64,000 bases of DNA from Eledone cirrhosa (lineage: Eukaryota), in contig OZ024753.1 of assembly GCA_964016885.1 (NCBI GenBank), positions 19,778,001-19,842,000 on the forward strand, given 5' to 3'. The position numbers were made by a program, and so were the translations under genes. The notes beneath the pieces were generated by a model. It saw only the letters and a list, made by a program, of their open reading frames with translations. It had not been told where the DNA came from and did no database searches. Below are positions 13,923-28,276 of this stretch, in pieces (position 1 is the stretch's first letter; every line of letters starts with the position of its first letter).

Positions 13923-14674
13923 TCTATATATATAAAACTGTGGTTGTCTGTCTGTCTATCGATTTTTGGCACACATCTCCTCTTAGAATCTCTCACGGAA
14001 TTGCACCGAAATTGCTACACTTGTACATTGAGCCCTAGCGAAGACATCGGAAAAAAAAATTTCAAATTGACCCACCCTATGTGACGAAATCGAATATAAT
14101 GTATCGATTTTTGAGCGTAAGTTATCAGTTATTTCCCTTTGTTCTGTTTACATTGAGCGTCTTACGTAAAAAATTACGCTGGCTTTCTCAGCGTTTAAAA
14201 TGACATTAACACAATACACGAACATTCGAACACTAAGCTTCCGTTTTGCTTCATTTCCATTTAAAAGCATTTTAAAACAATATTTTTACTTGAAAACAAG
14301 TCTATTTAAAGACTACGTAAAAGAAGCAAATATTTCAGGCGTGCAGACAGATAGTCGTGCAGACAGACATAACTGATAATTTGGTTACGCTAATGTTTTT
14401 CTCTGCGTTGCAGTGTTTACATTTTCGATCTTTGTTAATAAATAACCAGTGCAGTTTCTATCCCCAGCATCCTCTTTTGTTATAACATTCGGGTTATCGT
14501 TATGTTTTCTTAACTTCATAAGGCATATTGTTGGTTGAGGGAATATTAATCAAAAACACCACATGCAAGTCTGCACAGTAGACACTACAGTTTTTAAGCC
14601 AAAAAAGAAACTTAACATTGTAACTTTAACACAGCTACTGAGCGACCCCGAGCAACGCCGGGCTTTACGGCTAG
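13923..14674 (+). mobile_element. Non-autonomous Helitron
   Basis: 5' A|TCTATATATATAAAA followed by a (CTGT)n run; 3' GC-rich hairpin CCCGAGCAACGCCGGG then CTAG|T; inserted between A and T with no TSD. Confidence 0.75.
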
Positions 14675-14756
14675 TATTATATAATTGTATATAATACAAT
14701 ATGATATAATATAAAATAATATAATATAATATATTATAATATTATAATATATTATA

Positions 14757-14941
14757 TTGGATTGGCAATATCGGTAGAGGGTCGGACGCCATGCTTTGAC
14801 GCATAGAGTTACGGCCCTTTCCATTCTGAGTTCAAATCCCGCCGAGGTCAACTTTGCCTTTCATCCTTACGGGGTCGATAAAATAAAGTACCAGTAATGT
14901 ACTGGTTAATTGCTGGCCTTGTGCCAAAGGTAGAAACAATT
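14757..14941 (+). mobile_element. SINE S1
   Basis: Full S1 consensus match. Confidence 0.9.
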
Positions 14942-15425
14942 ATATTATATTATATTATATATTTATATTATATTATATTATATCGTATTATATATAAAAC
15001 AAAACTAAGAAATTAAAACAAGGCAGAAATATAATTTCTCAAATATTCACTTATGCCAAAATTTCAATGAATCGACATGAGGCATTAATATCAGCTACAA
15101 CTGGCTAGGAGGAGATAAATTACAAAAAATAGCCCAGACACCGAACGAAGAAGTAAGGTAAAGGAGGTGATATTTAAATATGACACAGCAGATTAGGACT
15201 ACAGCAGACACATTCCCAATAATTGTCTCCTACAACAAATCAGGAATCTTTTCAAAAGGAAACGATCATACAGTGATTAATAATAAACAGGCAAATGAAG
15301 TATTGGAAAAGTTGCAGTAAAAGATATTTATATAAAGTTGGCATTACTGTTTAGGAATATCTATTTTTCCCCCTTTTATGACACTCTCATTGGCCAATCA
15401 ATCATTTAACCAATAATCTATATCG

Positions 15426-16000
<575 letters not shown>

Positions 16001-16199
16001 CATATAAATATATTTAGATATATCTATACATATATATGCATATATATGTATACATACATATTTCTATATATATATATATCAAGGGCGGTGCCCCAGCATG
16101 GCCTCAGCCGGATGGCTGAAACAGGTAAAAGAGTAAAAGAGTAATATATATATATATATATAAATAAATAAAATGGCGGGCTGTGTGGTTAAGAATAAT

Positions 16200-16830
16200 T
16201 AAAATAAAAGTTACGGGTGAAAGAGGGTAATATCCATCGTCAGTTGTCTGCTAGGAAATAGGTATTTCTTCGGGTTAGAGACAAGATACCTCAGCCTAGG
16301 GCGAGCAGTAACTAAAATAAGTTATTGGGATAAAAAGGGGGAGAGAGTGAAAAAAATGTAAAGAGACACGAAGGGTGAGGTAACATAAAGAGAGGAAAAA
16401 CATCAAGTCAACAACTCTTTTCGAATATAAGTTCAGGCGAGTTTGACGAGGGAAGAAAGTCACGTGTTCACTGTAGCAGTGTGAGCGAGAGAAGAGACTG
16501 CTTGCAGTGGCGGATAAGGGAGGGAGTGGGTTAGTGGAGAGAGGGGACTAGCAGAGAGGGAGCGACTGAAAGTAAGAGGAAGCGAGAAAGAGATAGTTAT
16601 AGTGGCAGGCTTTCCTACATTGCTTCACCCTTCGTGTCTGATTACATTTTTTCTCCTCTCTCTCCCGCCTTTTTTTATCCCAATAATATATTTTAGTTAT
16701 GCAAACAAGTCTCAGTTCTATAGCCATGTCAGTAACATGAACACTTCATTATTGCTCTTATGTTGGCATGCAAACATAAAAGCAAGAATGAAGTGTTTAT
16801 TCTACTGACATGGCTATAAATTTGAGGCTC
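16200..16830. repeat. Dispersed repeat with internal inverted segments (related to 32760-32950)
   Basis: 16225-16335 resembles the reverse complement of 32815-32930. 16310-16360 is inverted at 16642-16698. A fold-back at 16718-16818 is centred on GCATGC. Confidence 0.55.
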
Positions 16831-16900
16831 GTTTGCAGAATTGCAAACGAATCGAGTGTTATTATTAATATTCGTAAAACTCAGATTACATTTATTATAT

Positions 16901-16931
<31 letters not shown>

Positions 16932-17002
16932 GGTTGACCCACACTTCAACAGCATTGTGATCAAAGTGCGTATGCATTTTTGGGACACCCCATATATATA
17001 TA

Positions 17003-17185
17003 AATGTTTTCTAATTTTGGCACAAGGCCAGCAAATACACCAGTACATTTCTGGTACTTTATTCTATCGACCCCGTAAGTAGGAAAGGCAAAGTTAACCT
17101 AGGCGGGATTTGAACTCAGAAAGTAATGGGTCACGCCTCTATGCTGTAAAGCATGGTGTCTGACGCTCTACCGATGCTGCCAATT
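17003..17185 (-). mobile_element. SINE S1
   Basis: Reverse-strand S1 match. Confidence 0.88.
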
Positions 17186-17211
17186 CAATATATATATATA
17201 TATATATTTAT

Positions 17212-17381
17212 AAACGGAAAAAATGAAACGAAATTTCATTCCTCACTCTTAGTACGGCTGTTACTTAAATATAAGTATTTATACGTACATACATATATGT
17301 ATACAGACGTACAGTAGTATGTATATATACATACTACCGTACGTCTGTATACATATATGTATGTACGTATACATACTTATA
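17212..17381. mobile_element. Family C PLE-like terminal fragment with fold-back
   Basis: AAATGAAACGAAATTTC...CTTAGTACGGCTG...ATAAGTA...; hairpin 17270-17381. Relatives at 27855-28147, 57062-57372, 60248-60345 and 60793-60975. Confidence 0.6.
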
Positions 17382-17602
17382 TATATATATATATATAAAA
17401 ATATATATAACTTACATATGTGTCTCTCAATCTATTACGTCCAGCTGCGTCTGAAAAACCTTCTGTCATGAACGCAATTTGAAGAATATATTCAATCTCT
17501 CCAATATATAGGTAAAATAGACTTTCAGGACCAAGATGATAAATTATTTATGTACGGATATCACTGAGAGCGTTGGAACACTGTGCACAATGAAATGACC
17601 TG

Positions 17603-17659
<57 letters not shown>

Positions 17660-17664
<5 letters not shown>

Positions 17665-18547
17665 GTTGCGGACGATATTTGTTCGCAATTTTCAACAGGT
17701 AATTTTATGCAAACTTTTTTTACTTCCGTTGTCACTCTTGTCTTCATAAAGAAGAGTGACTATATTTCCATTGTTTATTTTCAGAATAATTGATTATGAA
17801 TAATTTTGAACCTCCAAATTTGTGGAAGAGACACGGAGTTCTACTTGTAATCCGCGCCGGGAGGACAAATAAGACCAGAAGATCAACTCCCAGAACAACA
17901 GGTGGCTCGCTGTCTAATCCAAAGACGTGCCCAGAGTCATGCAGACAAAGTTTTCAGCGACAACAGTGGTCTTGTGTGTCGTCAGCAGTCAAGGTGACGT
18001 CGTACCACCTCACTTCTTCCCTGAGGGCCTCAAGCTGAACACCGATGGCTAAATCCGCGTTCTCAGCGAGGTTGTAAAGCCCTGGATCGACCAGGTAGCT
18101 GCAGGTAGGCCGGACGTGTGGCAGTAAGACTCAACGCCCTGCCATACCAGACGAAAGACCAAAGCCTAGCTGTCAGAGAACTTCGTCGACAACACTTCAC
18201 CTGACATTGGCCTCCCAGCTTGCCTGACTGCAACCCCGCGACTTCTTTGTGTAGGGCACAGTGGAACGAGACACCAACAGATCTAGCTGCAATACAAAAG
18301 ACGATATGAAGGCCAGGATCACAAGTGGCTTTGGGGGCCTAAGTCGGGGACAATGACGAAGGCTTGTGGCGGTTCCGAGTCCGCCTTGAGGCCTTCATCA
18401 AAACCAATGGCGGGTTTATCGAGTGAGATTGAAAGAACAAGTCATGAAGACAAACTGACCCAAGTTTGATAAATATATCTTAAAAAATAAAACTACTGTG
18501 TTATTTTTTCCCGGACAGTAATCTTGCGAACAGTTACCGTCCGCACC

Positions 18548-18550
<3 letters not shown>
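17660..18550 (+). mobile_element. Defective Tc1/mariner (maT/DD37D-like) transposon
   Basis: Imperfect TIRs (..TGCGGACGATATTTGTTCGCAA / TTGCGAACAGTTACCGTCCGCACCCTG-TA). Degenerate VWQ*DSTPCH and WPPSLPDCNP catalytic-region motifs. Confidence 0.8.
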
Positions 18551-18627
<77 letters not shown>

Positions 18628-18631
<4 letters not shown>

Positions 18632-18866
18632 TAATAATAATAAATTTGAAGACTAAAATCCAAAGAGGGCTCGATAAGGATAAATATATATCAAATATAT
18701 AAGAACCGTAGAGCAAATATTTATTAAAATAACAGATTAAAGTTTAAGCAAAGAATCGCTGCTTTCACCCTTAACGGGATCTTCTGAAACAGTTTCAGAA
18801 GATCCCGTTAAGGGTGAAAGCAGCGATTTTTTGCTTAAACTTTAATCTGTTATTTTAATAAATATA
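18628..18866. mobile_element. PLE-like terminal fragment with 74-bp-arm palindrome and variant hammerhead
   Basis: Palindrome 18717-18865 centred on a18791. GTTT-CAGAAGA-T-CCC gttaa GGG-T-GAAA-GCA...TGC-TT-AAAC at 18792-18840. Confidence 0.72.
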
Positions 18867-18869
18867 TAA

Positions 18870-18968
<99 letters not shown>

Positions 18969-19675
18969 AGGTAGTACAGCTTAATCGAAGCTCTGGCTGC
19001 GGGCAAGCTAACGAATGCTGTCGGGAAGTGCAGCCAAAAGCACTAAATAAGGAACTTTACCTTAGAGTTATAACATTACGTTTAGACAGCTATGCAAATT
19101 GAAGACAGAGACCGAAATGTGAGCCGCTAGGACCAGAACAACGAAAATAACTGACTCAAGGAAATGCTTGACAATTACATATATACAGCACTATGACAAT
19201 TTCCAAATATAACAATTAAAACGAAACTTTTATATTTAATTATTTCCACGCGACAGATATCAACATAAATGATACGGCTTCTTTTGTGTAAGTCGTTCGT
19301 TTAACAGAATGTACATTTAGCAGTTGGTATGACAGTCCATATGGCTTCTCTGTTATAGTATGTAGGCTCTAGTAATCCAACACTCCAAAAACTGTAAACA
19401 ATATTGACATCAGTATTTGTTATTTTGAAACATTTGAACTATGGGCAGCATGAATCCACAAGTAGTTTGATAATCTGCTGGACGTACATAATATATCTAA
19501 GTATATAGGGTGCTGCATGTGGGTAAAGTATTTAAACTTCGGACAAAATTATCAACAAACGTAACCTCAAATATATAGCTACATAATAATCGTCGACAAT
19601 GGATGTAACTATATTAAACATGTCTACAATCATAGGCCTTTGTTCATTATATTTTTCATAAATAGTTTAAAATCA

Positions 19676-19769
19676 CCGTATTTCCCGGCGTCGAAGACGC
19701 TACTTTTTTCCCTAAAATATGTTTCAAAAATCTACCATGCGTCGTGGAAAGACGCTGGAAAATTCGGTA
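19676..19769. mobile_element. pogo/Tigger-like MITE (short)
   Basis: TIRs CCGTATTTCCCGGCGTC / GACGCTGGAAAATTCGG-TA; related copy at 22289-22455. Confidence 0.65.
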
Positions 19770-19786
19770 ATCTCCCTCTGTCCCAC

Positions 19787-19887
<101 letters not shown>

Positions 19888-19997
19888 TGTGCGAAAATGA
19901 GAATCCCAATCAACCCACTATTTGTAATAAAATTGAATTTACGATATTTATGTGCTTTTCGTCATTTAAAATTCGATAATTAAACACCCTAAAAATG

Positions 19998-20180
19998 AAT
20001 TGGCAATGTCGGTAGAGCGTCAGACACCATGGTTTCCACCATAGAGTTACGTCCCTTTGCGGTCTGAGTTCAAATCCCGCCAAGGTTCATGTTGCTTTCC
20101 ATCCTTACGGCGTCGATAAACTAAAGGACCAGTAATGTACTGTGATAATTGATGGCTTCGTGCCAAAACCAGAAACAATC
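19998..20180 (+). mobile_element. SINE S1
   Basis: S1 consensus match. Confidence 0.88.
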
Positions 20181-21249
20181 ATATGTATATATGTATATAA
20201 TATATATATATATATATACAATGATATTAAATAAATGGAAACTATATTTATAAAACCATATTTATTCTATTATATATATTTCAAGGGTACCAACACACAC
20301 ATATATACATACACATACGTATGGATACGTACACACACATACATACACACACACACACACACATATATACATATATAACTCAATATATATATATATATAT
20401 ATATGAGAAAGAACATAAATATTATAAAATAAATATTGTATATATAAAAAAAAAATTGGGAATACGACAAATAATAAATAAAACAATATATATTTAGAAA
20501 AGAGTATAAATGCCCATAGCAGACCTAGAGCACTCAATAAGTTCCTGGAGCAAAAGATCAATGAAAATATCATCAAATCACTATATGTAATGATGCACAT
20601 ACATACACCCTTATACATATATACATATACACACACACACATAAATATATATACATACACACACATTTATTTGTTGCCTGTATCACTGTCAACTTTATAA
20701 TAGTCTTTAGATTCTTTTTTATGTCTTTTATTATTATATATATTTTTTCTTATATTTATTTGCGTGTGTGAATATGTAGAGGTGTGTGTATATTTTTCTG
20801 TTTGTGCATGCATATGTATGCATGTATATATGTGTGTATGTATGTGTATGTATGTACGTGTGTATATACATATGATTGTGTGTATGTATGTATGTATGTA
20901 TATGTATGTGTGTATGGCTATGTATGTGTATGTGTATGCATATATATATATATATATTTATATTTCTCGATATATATGTATATATGTGTGTGGTTGTATA
21001 TATGTATGTGTATGTATGGATATGTTGATATTTATGTGTGTATGTATGTATGTGTCTATGTATGTGTATGTATATATATACACATATATATGTGTATATG
21101 TGTGTGTGTATGTATGTGTGTATGTATATGTATATATATATATGTGTGTATGTATATAACTGTGTGTGTGTTTGCATGTGTGTTTTTATTTTATTTTTCC
21201 TTTCCTTCTTCCTTCTCCAGCCTCACTTTCATATAGATTTCATTTTTGT

Positions 21250-21438
21250 TTTTAGAATCCAATATCAATAAATACACCAGGATTTTTTCATTCTGATTGA
21301 TGAAAGCAATTTTTTTTTGCTTTTAAGAAACCACTGGTAAATGGAATAATTGCCTTATGTTGTTTATTACATAACTATTAAGCTATGTTACCTACATAGA
21401 GCACTCTTTTTTCCTGGACTTTTCCGCGGAATTACTTC

Positions 21439-21443
<5 letters not shown>
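21250..21443 (+). mobile_element. Family D PLE-like terminal fragment with degenerate hammerhead
   Basis: Homologous to 54670-54995; core reads CTGATTGA, followed by GAAACCACTGGTA-AATGGAA. Confidence 0.65.
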
Positions 21444-21486
<43 letters not shown>

Positions 21487-21488
<2 letters not shown>

Positions 21489-21689
21489 CGAAGGGAGTGT
21501 GGTAAGAAACTAGTTGGACCATAACGCACCAGAGTACTCAATACTTAGGGTAGTATAGTGGGTCAAGATGTTCAAGACCCCGACGGCAGAGCTCGAGCCA
21601 TTTCGACGGCTATTTCTGGACTGCAATAGCCGTCCAGAAATAGCCGTCGAAACGACTCGAACTCTACCGTCGGGGTCTTTAACATTTTC
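21487..21689 (-). mobile_element. Family A fold-back element
   Basis: Family A body; ~55-bp inverted arms 21566-21621 / 21632-21687. Confidence 0.75.
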
Positions 21690-21956
21690 ATATATATATA
21701 TTCACAGATTTATGAACGAAAATCTATTAGATATATTTTACATTAATATAAGTTGGATGCTTAAATAGGTTATTCTCTAAGTTATTTGATTCAAGTGAGG
21801 ACAATTTCTCGAATGGTGGATGTTAGAATCAACACATACAGAATATTGGGAAATAAATATGATTATTCAAGTATTCATTATTGTTATTAGTTATGCCAAA
21901 TTGAAGATAGGTCTTCTAACAGGCAATTCACAAATACATACATATATAGGCATGTA

Positions 21957-22153
21957 CGAGGCCCGACTAAAATGTTTATAAGCTGACCTAGATATTCTCA
22001 TGAATTGACCAAATGATGATATTTTTCAACATATTTCCTGGAAATAAACAATGTAGTTATTAATAAGAAGATTTGTAATTAATGCCTGCAAGATTTCACA
22101 GCGCTAGCATCACACCTTCATAGTCAGCCTATGAACATTTTAGCCAATCCTCG
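21957..22153. mobile_element. Mariner-derived MITE
   Basis: TA-CGAGG...CCTCG-TA ends; internal similarity to 10314-10484. Confidence 0.72.
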
Positions 22154-22288
22154 TATATGGTTGCAATGAATAATGAGATCTGGTAAATCTTTGGATATTT
22201 CCACCAATATTTACTGAGGATATCCAGCTATCAGCTATCAAAACATTTGTATTTACCATATTAGGTATTTCATATATCGTTAAATATA

Positions 22289-22455
22289 CCGTATTTCCCG
22301 GCGACGAAGACGCTTCGTCTTCCAGGACGCACCCTTATGTTGACAATCAAAAATTTGAAAATAAAATAATAAACAACCCTCGGCCTCCAGGACGCATAGT
22401 AGATATTTTTAGACTTATTTTAGGAAAGAAGTAGCGTCTTCGACCCCGGGAAATT
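22289..22455. mobile_element. pogo/Tigger-like MITE
   Basis: TA-CCGTATTTCCCGGCGACGAAGACGC ... GCGTCTTCGACCCCGGGAAAT. Confidence 0.62.
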
Positions 22456-23004
22456 CATTGACTGTTGAAAACGAATCCAATCCAGTCCAGGGCCTTCTCA
22501 ATCCGGTTGGGGGCATCCTTCTCTGGTCGACATCACCACTTTAGTTCTGGTTATATCAGGGGTGTATCCATACTCACTATGCTTACCAATTACGGATTGG
22601 TGTAGCTATTTAATCTAATGTCGCACTGGATGGCCGTTGACTGTAAGAAGTTCGCCCGCCCTCGTACTTATTTTGTGCTGATGGGGTTCCACTTACCTTC
22701 CTCAACAGACGAGGGTTTAGTGGGGGGAGTGATGTTGTAAGTATTGTCGATAAACGCACAATGAGATATTTACTTTATCTTTATCCTGATTACTAGTTAT
22801 TCGTTTGTTCGTAAAACTTCTTTCGTCACAAATTCTGTAAACTATTAATATATATATTCTTTTACACTCTTTAACTGTTCCAGCCATCCGGCTGAGGCGA
22901 TACTGGGGCACCACCCTTGAATATTTGTGCCAACCTCTGGATGGCACATAATTCATTTTTTAATTGGTTTTCCGAGATCACCCATCAGAAAGTGTGTGTT
23001 CAAA

Positions 23005-23368
23005 GAGATATTGCTACACCTTGGGAGGGCCACGCTGTCAACAAAAACACACGCACCCCTTGTCGTTCACTCCAACCTACAATAAACCTCCGGTTGGCCG
23101 ACAACCGGAAGGTTGTTTATTATTGTCAAAGAACCCTCACCACACACTGTGACCTCCTCAGTGACTAGGTTGCCATTGCGTGTGTATATCCCTTGTTCTG
23201 TCTCACACCATCCTGTCCATGTGTGCTACGTGTTGTGTGTCCAGTTTGCGCAGGCGTTATATCCGGGTGTGTGTGTAATTTTATTCATTTATTTAGGTAC
23301 ATTTATTTGTCACTAGTTGGTTGTTTGTTCTATCTGTGTGTGTCTGATTTGTTTTGTAGCTTGTGTTT
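23005..23368 (-). mobile_element. Diverged Penelope-like pLTR copy (family E)
   Basis: Reverse-strand similarity to 35090-35480; hammerhead remnant AGTCA-CTGAGGA-GGTCACA with the GAAA lost. Confidence 0.75.
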
Positions 23369-23567
23369 ATATATATATATATATATGCATACGCATACAC
23401 ATATACATACATATATACATAAATACATATATATATATACATACACAGAAGATGCCGTTAAGGGTGAAAGCAGCGATTCTTTACATACACATATATACAT
23501 ATATATGGAAAATATAGATACATATATATATATATATACATTTATATATATAAATATATATACACAT

Positions 23568-23955
23568 ATGGTGGCTGCCAACTCGTTTTCGAGTACGCCC
23601 ACTACTTTATATCCATGTAGGAGAACCCTACCGATGCGCTGAATGAGTGTGACTTTTTAGTCCAGCCAGCGACTTGAAAACTCTGGTACAAACACTACAC
23701 TTGTGACAATTATTGACACATAGTGCTGGGTCCATGGTACCATGTGACGACAAGTGCAGAGAGATCTCCAGATATAAAGCAATGCCTGTGCCGTGAAGCT
23801 TTTATAGTGAGCAAAGGCACTGCACAAAGCCAGTCCCACTCTCTTAACCAAGATGATATTTACCAAAAAGAAGAACAAGTCAACATCATTGGATACCATC
23901 AGGGTTGCAGGTGTTATATCAGAGTTTTCCTTCTCCTAGAATTCTGCCTTGACAA
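23568..23955 (-). mobile_element. Family B retroposon 3' segment
   Basis: Fixed boundary ATGGTGGCTGCCAACTCG shared with copies at 34338, 60348 and 61287; the other end is variable. Confidence 0.7.
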
Positions 23956-24138
23956 ATATATACACATATACATATATACATACATATATACGTATATACG
24001 CACATGTATACACACATTTATACATGTACATATGTACAAACATACATACATATATATATATATATACATATACATATGCATATATATATATATATATACA
24101 TACATACATATATACGTATATATATATATATATGTATG

Positions 24139-24195
<57 letters not shown>

Positions 24196-24698
24196 GCCGA
24201 AGTAAATGTAAATAATCTCGTATATCATATATATAATATTTCGTAAAGGACATAGCATTGTGTTTAAATACTCATTACGTAGATTCTAGAATTTTCCTTT
24301 TCGATGATTAAAAAAAGCATATCTTTGTATATAACTCACAACATAAATGGAATAAAACTTGAATGCGAAACTTGAATATCTTAGAATAGTATTCATTGAT
24401 AATCTAGAATATATCTAATCATAAATACAATTGTTCATGTCTTATTGAATTCCCTCCAGAAATTCTCTTTTAGCAGATATATATATATATATCTCAGAAA
24501 ATGAAATAACGAAGACATATAAAATATGGCTAACTCATTTACACATTATGTTCTGAAACTTGCTGCTCATGAAACTTAAATATCGAGAAATTTAGTTTAA
24601 CGTTCAAAATAGGAAAGAAGATATGCCATGAAATCTCACTCACAATGGCTGCCCAAGTATCGTACATAATATAATTGAAGGTATTCTGCGATGCTATC

Positions 24699-24733
<35 letters not shown>

Positions 24734-24746
24734 TTATTATTATTAA

Positions 24747-25095
24747 GGGCGGTGGATTGGCAGTATCGGTAGAGGGTCGGGCACCATGCTTTCCAGCATA
24801 GTTACGTCGCTTTACGATCCGAGTTCAAATCCCGCCGAGGTTGACTTTGCCTTTCATCCTTACGGGGTCGATAAAATAAAGTACCAGTAATTGCTGGCCT
24901 TGTGTCTAAAGTAGAAACAATTATTATTAAGGGTCGGACGCCACACTTTCCAGCATAATTACGTCCCTTTACGGTCTGAGTTGAAATCCGGCCGAGGTTA
25001 ACTTTGCCTTTCATCTATGTCGATAAAGTACCAGTAATGCACTGGGTATTTGCTGGCCTTGTGCCAAAAGTAGAAACAATTATTATTATTATTAT
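24747..25095 (+). mobile_element. Two tandem SINE S1 copies
   Basis: 24747-24928 and 24930-25095, with (ATT)n flanks. Confidence 0.9.
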
Positions 25096-25533
25096 TACAT
25101 TCAAAGTAAACGGTGCCATGGATGATACAAAATCAAACATATGTCTTGTCTCAAAAAACAGCTCAAGATAGAATTCAGAGAATAACATCGAACTTTAATC
25201 TTTATAAGAAAGTGAATGAAATACACCCATACACTCAAAACTGTGCATTAGAATACATCAAAGATTAAAACTAGAGACAATCTGTACTGAATGTAAGATT
25301 ACAAAATTCATGGAATATCATATTAAATTTAGTAAAAAAAAATTAAAACAAAATACCTGATAACGATCAAATATATTTCCGTCATATGTATTCTCCACAA
25401 AATCAGAATATATTTCACCAAATAACGGCGAAATTAGATATTTTGAAACGTTTATATATATATATATTTGTGTGTGTATATATATATATTTATATATGTA
25501 TTTATGTATATGTATATATGTATATATATGTGT

Positions 25534-25619
25534 ATGCACTATAATTGGAACGATACAGGGAAGATTAACATGGCCCATGCACAAGGATGACGGTCACATT
25601 CGTGAAGCGTTCCATATTT
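25534..25619 (+). pseudogene. RNU6: U6 snRNA pseudogene (5'-truncated, diverged)
   Basis: AATTGGAACGATACAGGGAAGATTAACATGGCCCATGCACAAGGATGACGGTCACATTCGTGAAGCGTTCCATATTT aligns to the conserved U6 3' ~85 nt. The ACAGAGA box is mutated to ACAGGGA, the AGC triad to AAC, and the 5' stem-loop is absent. Confidence 0.92.
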
Positions 25620-25628
25620 GTTCGTAAG

Positions 25629-25820
25629 AGAGCTGGATTGGTAGTATCGGTAGAGCGTCAGACGCCATGCTTTGACGCATAGTGTTACGACCATTTAGGT
25701 TCTGAGTTCAAATCACGCCAAGGTTAGCTTTGCCTTTCATCCTTACGGGGTCGATAAAATAAAGCACCAGTAATACACTGAGGTAATAGCTGGCCTTGTG
25801 CCTAAAGTAGAAACAATTAT
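25629..25820 (+). mobile_element. SINE S1 immediately downstream of the U6 fragment
   Basis: S1 consensus match. Confidence 0.88.
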
Positions 25821-25941
25821 ATGTTCTAGCTTATATCACCCACCCATATCGAGATTTAAGTTTTCTTGCGTCTCCAAGTTAATAATTTATATTTCCATTG
25901 AGTTGTCTAATATTAGAGACGAATACATTTTGATTGGTATA

Positions 25942-26110
25942 TCTATATATCTAAAACAGAGAATGTATGCCTGTCTGTCCGACTCCATAAAACTCGAGAA
26001 CCACCCAACTGATTGTGTTCAAACTTTCACACATGTAATACTTATGCTCCTGTGAGTGTCTTGAGCAAGAACTAATTCAAATTGTCAATGCCCTAGGGAC
26101 CGCATTAGGC
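25942..26110 (+). mobile_element. Probable Helitron 5' fragment
   Basis: A|TCTATATATCTAAAA...CTGTCTGTC start resembles 13923; no 3' end found. Confidence 0.45.
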
Positions 26111-26310
26111 GAATTAGCGATCTCAGTCTCTCTTAGTCTTTCTCTTTTTAGATAGATACATAGATATAACGTTGCGCCCTTATAATATCTCTCTGTATGT
26201 CTGATGGTCTGCATTACGACATTATGACGCTATATGTATGTGTGTGTACATATGTATAAATAGTGTTTATATATATATATATACATAATTGGAGGCTTAG
26301 TAATGCAAGA

Positions 26311-26520
26311 CAATAAATACTCAACACTGTTATATATACAATAAGCTCACATGTGGTTCAAGAAAACAACAATTTTTATTTAATATATATATATAAGATA
26401 TATATATATAATATATATATATGATATAATATATATATACATTATATATATTAAATAACAAATGTTTTCTCGAACCACATGTGAGCTTATTGTATATATA
26501 ACAGTGTTGAGGATTTATTG
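26311..26520. repeat. Inverted repeat (~75-bp arms) around a (TA)n spacer
   Basis: CAATAAATACTCAACACTGTTATATATACAATAAGCTCACATGTGGTTC... is mirrored at 26447-26520. Confidence 0.85.
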
Positions 26521-27102
26521 TGATGTATTAGTTTTATGAAATTACAGGTGTATGTGTACTGCACATGTTTATATCATATATATATGTTTATATCATTCAG
26601 TAGACTGCTATTTACAGTTCAGATATTCACTTCTTACATTCATCATACATTTACATGAATTTTTCTCAATCGATATCATTTTCTCACGTTTTGCATTTCG
26701 AGCAAATTATGTTTGTTCAAAATAAACCATTTTCTAATGAAAAAAATGGATGCCCAGTGTTTAAATTATACTTTAAAAAACTAATTTGCTGTTAAATTCT
26801 CATGAGAATATTCACCGTGTAGACATTCTCCAAGTAACGTTCACAGTCATTTAAATGTATTACTTGTTTTAATATACTGTGTTGTTCGTCTTTTCTTTCT
26901 ATTGGCGAGGGATTGGTAGGATGGTTAAAGTGGTAGTCGAATCTGGTATTTGTGTTTAAGACCCACGAGGTCAAATTTCCATTCATACCTACAGGTATTG
27001 GTATCAGTGAAAGATTTACAAAACCAAGAAGAATATATTGCCAGAATTGGTAGAGTCGTGTGAAAATTCGATATTGTGGAGGAAATCAAAGCTATTTACA
27101 AT

Positions 27103-27151
<49 letters not shown>

Positions 27152-27236
27152 AGAGAGAGAGAGGGAGAGAGAGAGAGAGAGAGAGAGCGGGAAAGAGAGG
27201 GAGAGAGATGTATATATGCATACACACGCGCACACA

Positions 27237-27273
<37 letters not shown>

Positions 27274-27313
27274 GCACATACACACATACAGACTGACATA
27301 TACGTATGTATAC

Positions 27314-27664
<351 letters not shown>

Positions 27665-27688
27665 GACTGATATATACGTATATATACG

Positions 27689-27751
<63 letters not shown>

Positions 27752-27827
27752 GAATACACCCGCACACACACTGATATATATGTATATATATACATACATT
27801 CACACGCACGCGCTCACACACACGCAC

Positions 27828-27858
<31 letters not shown>

Positions 27859-27923
27859 AGTATGTATAAGTACATACATATATGTATACAAACGTACAGT
27901 AGTATGTATATATATACATACAT

Positions 27924-28007
<84 letters not shown>

Positions 28008-28276
28008 ATATACTACTGTATATATATATATACATACTACTGTACGTCTGTATACATATATGTATGTACGTATACATACTTATATTTAAATAACAGCCGA
28101 ACTAAGAGTGAGTGAGAAATGAAATTTCGTTTCATCTTTTCCATTTATATATATGTATATATATATATCCAGGGGGTGTAACTAGGAGTTACTGCAGGTT
28201 CACCCGGGTGAGCACTCGATGTTTAGGTTCACTTCTGTGATGATGTGTATTGCTATACAGAGTGTAATATATAGAA

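Noticed and set aside
25534-25619. Functional U6 gene
   Set aside because: No 5' stem-loop, ACAGAGA and AGC motifs mutated, and the upstream sequence is microsatellite rather than a promoter.
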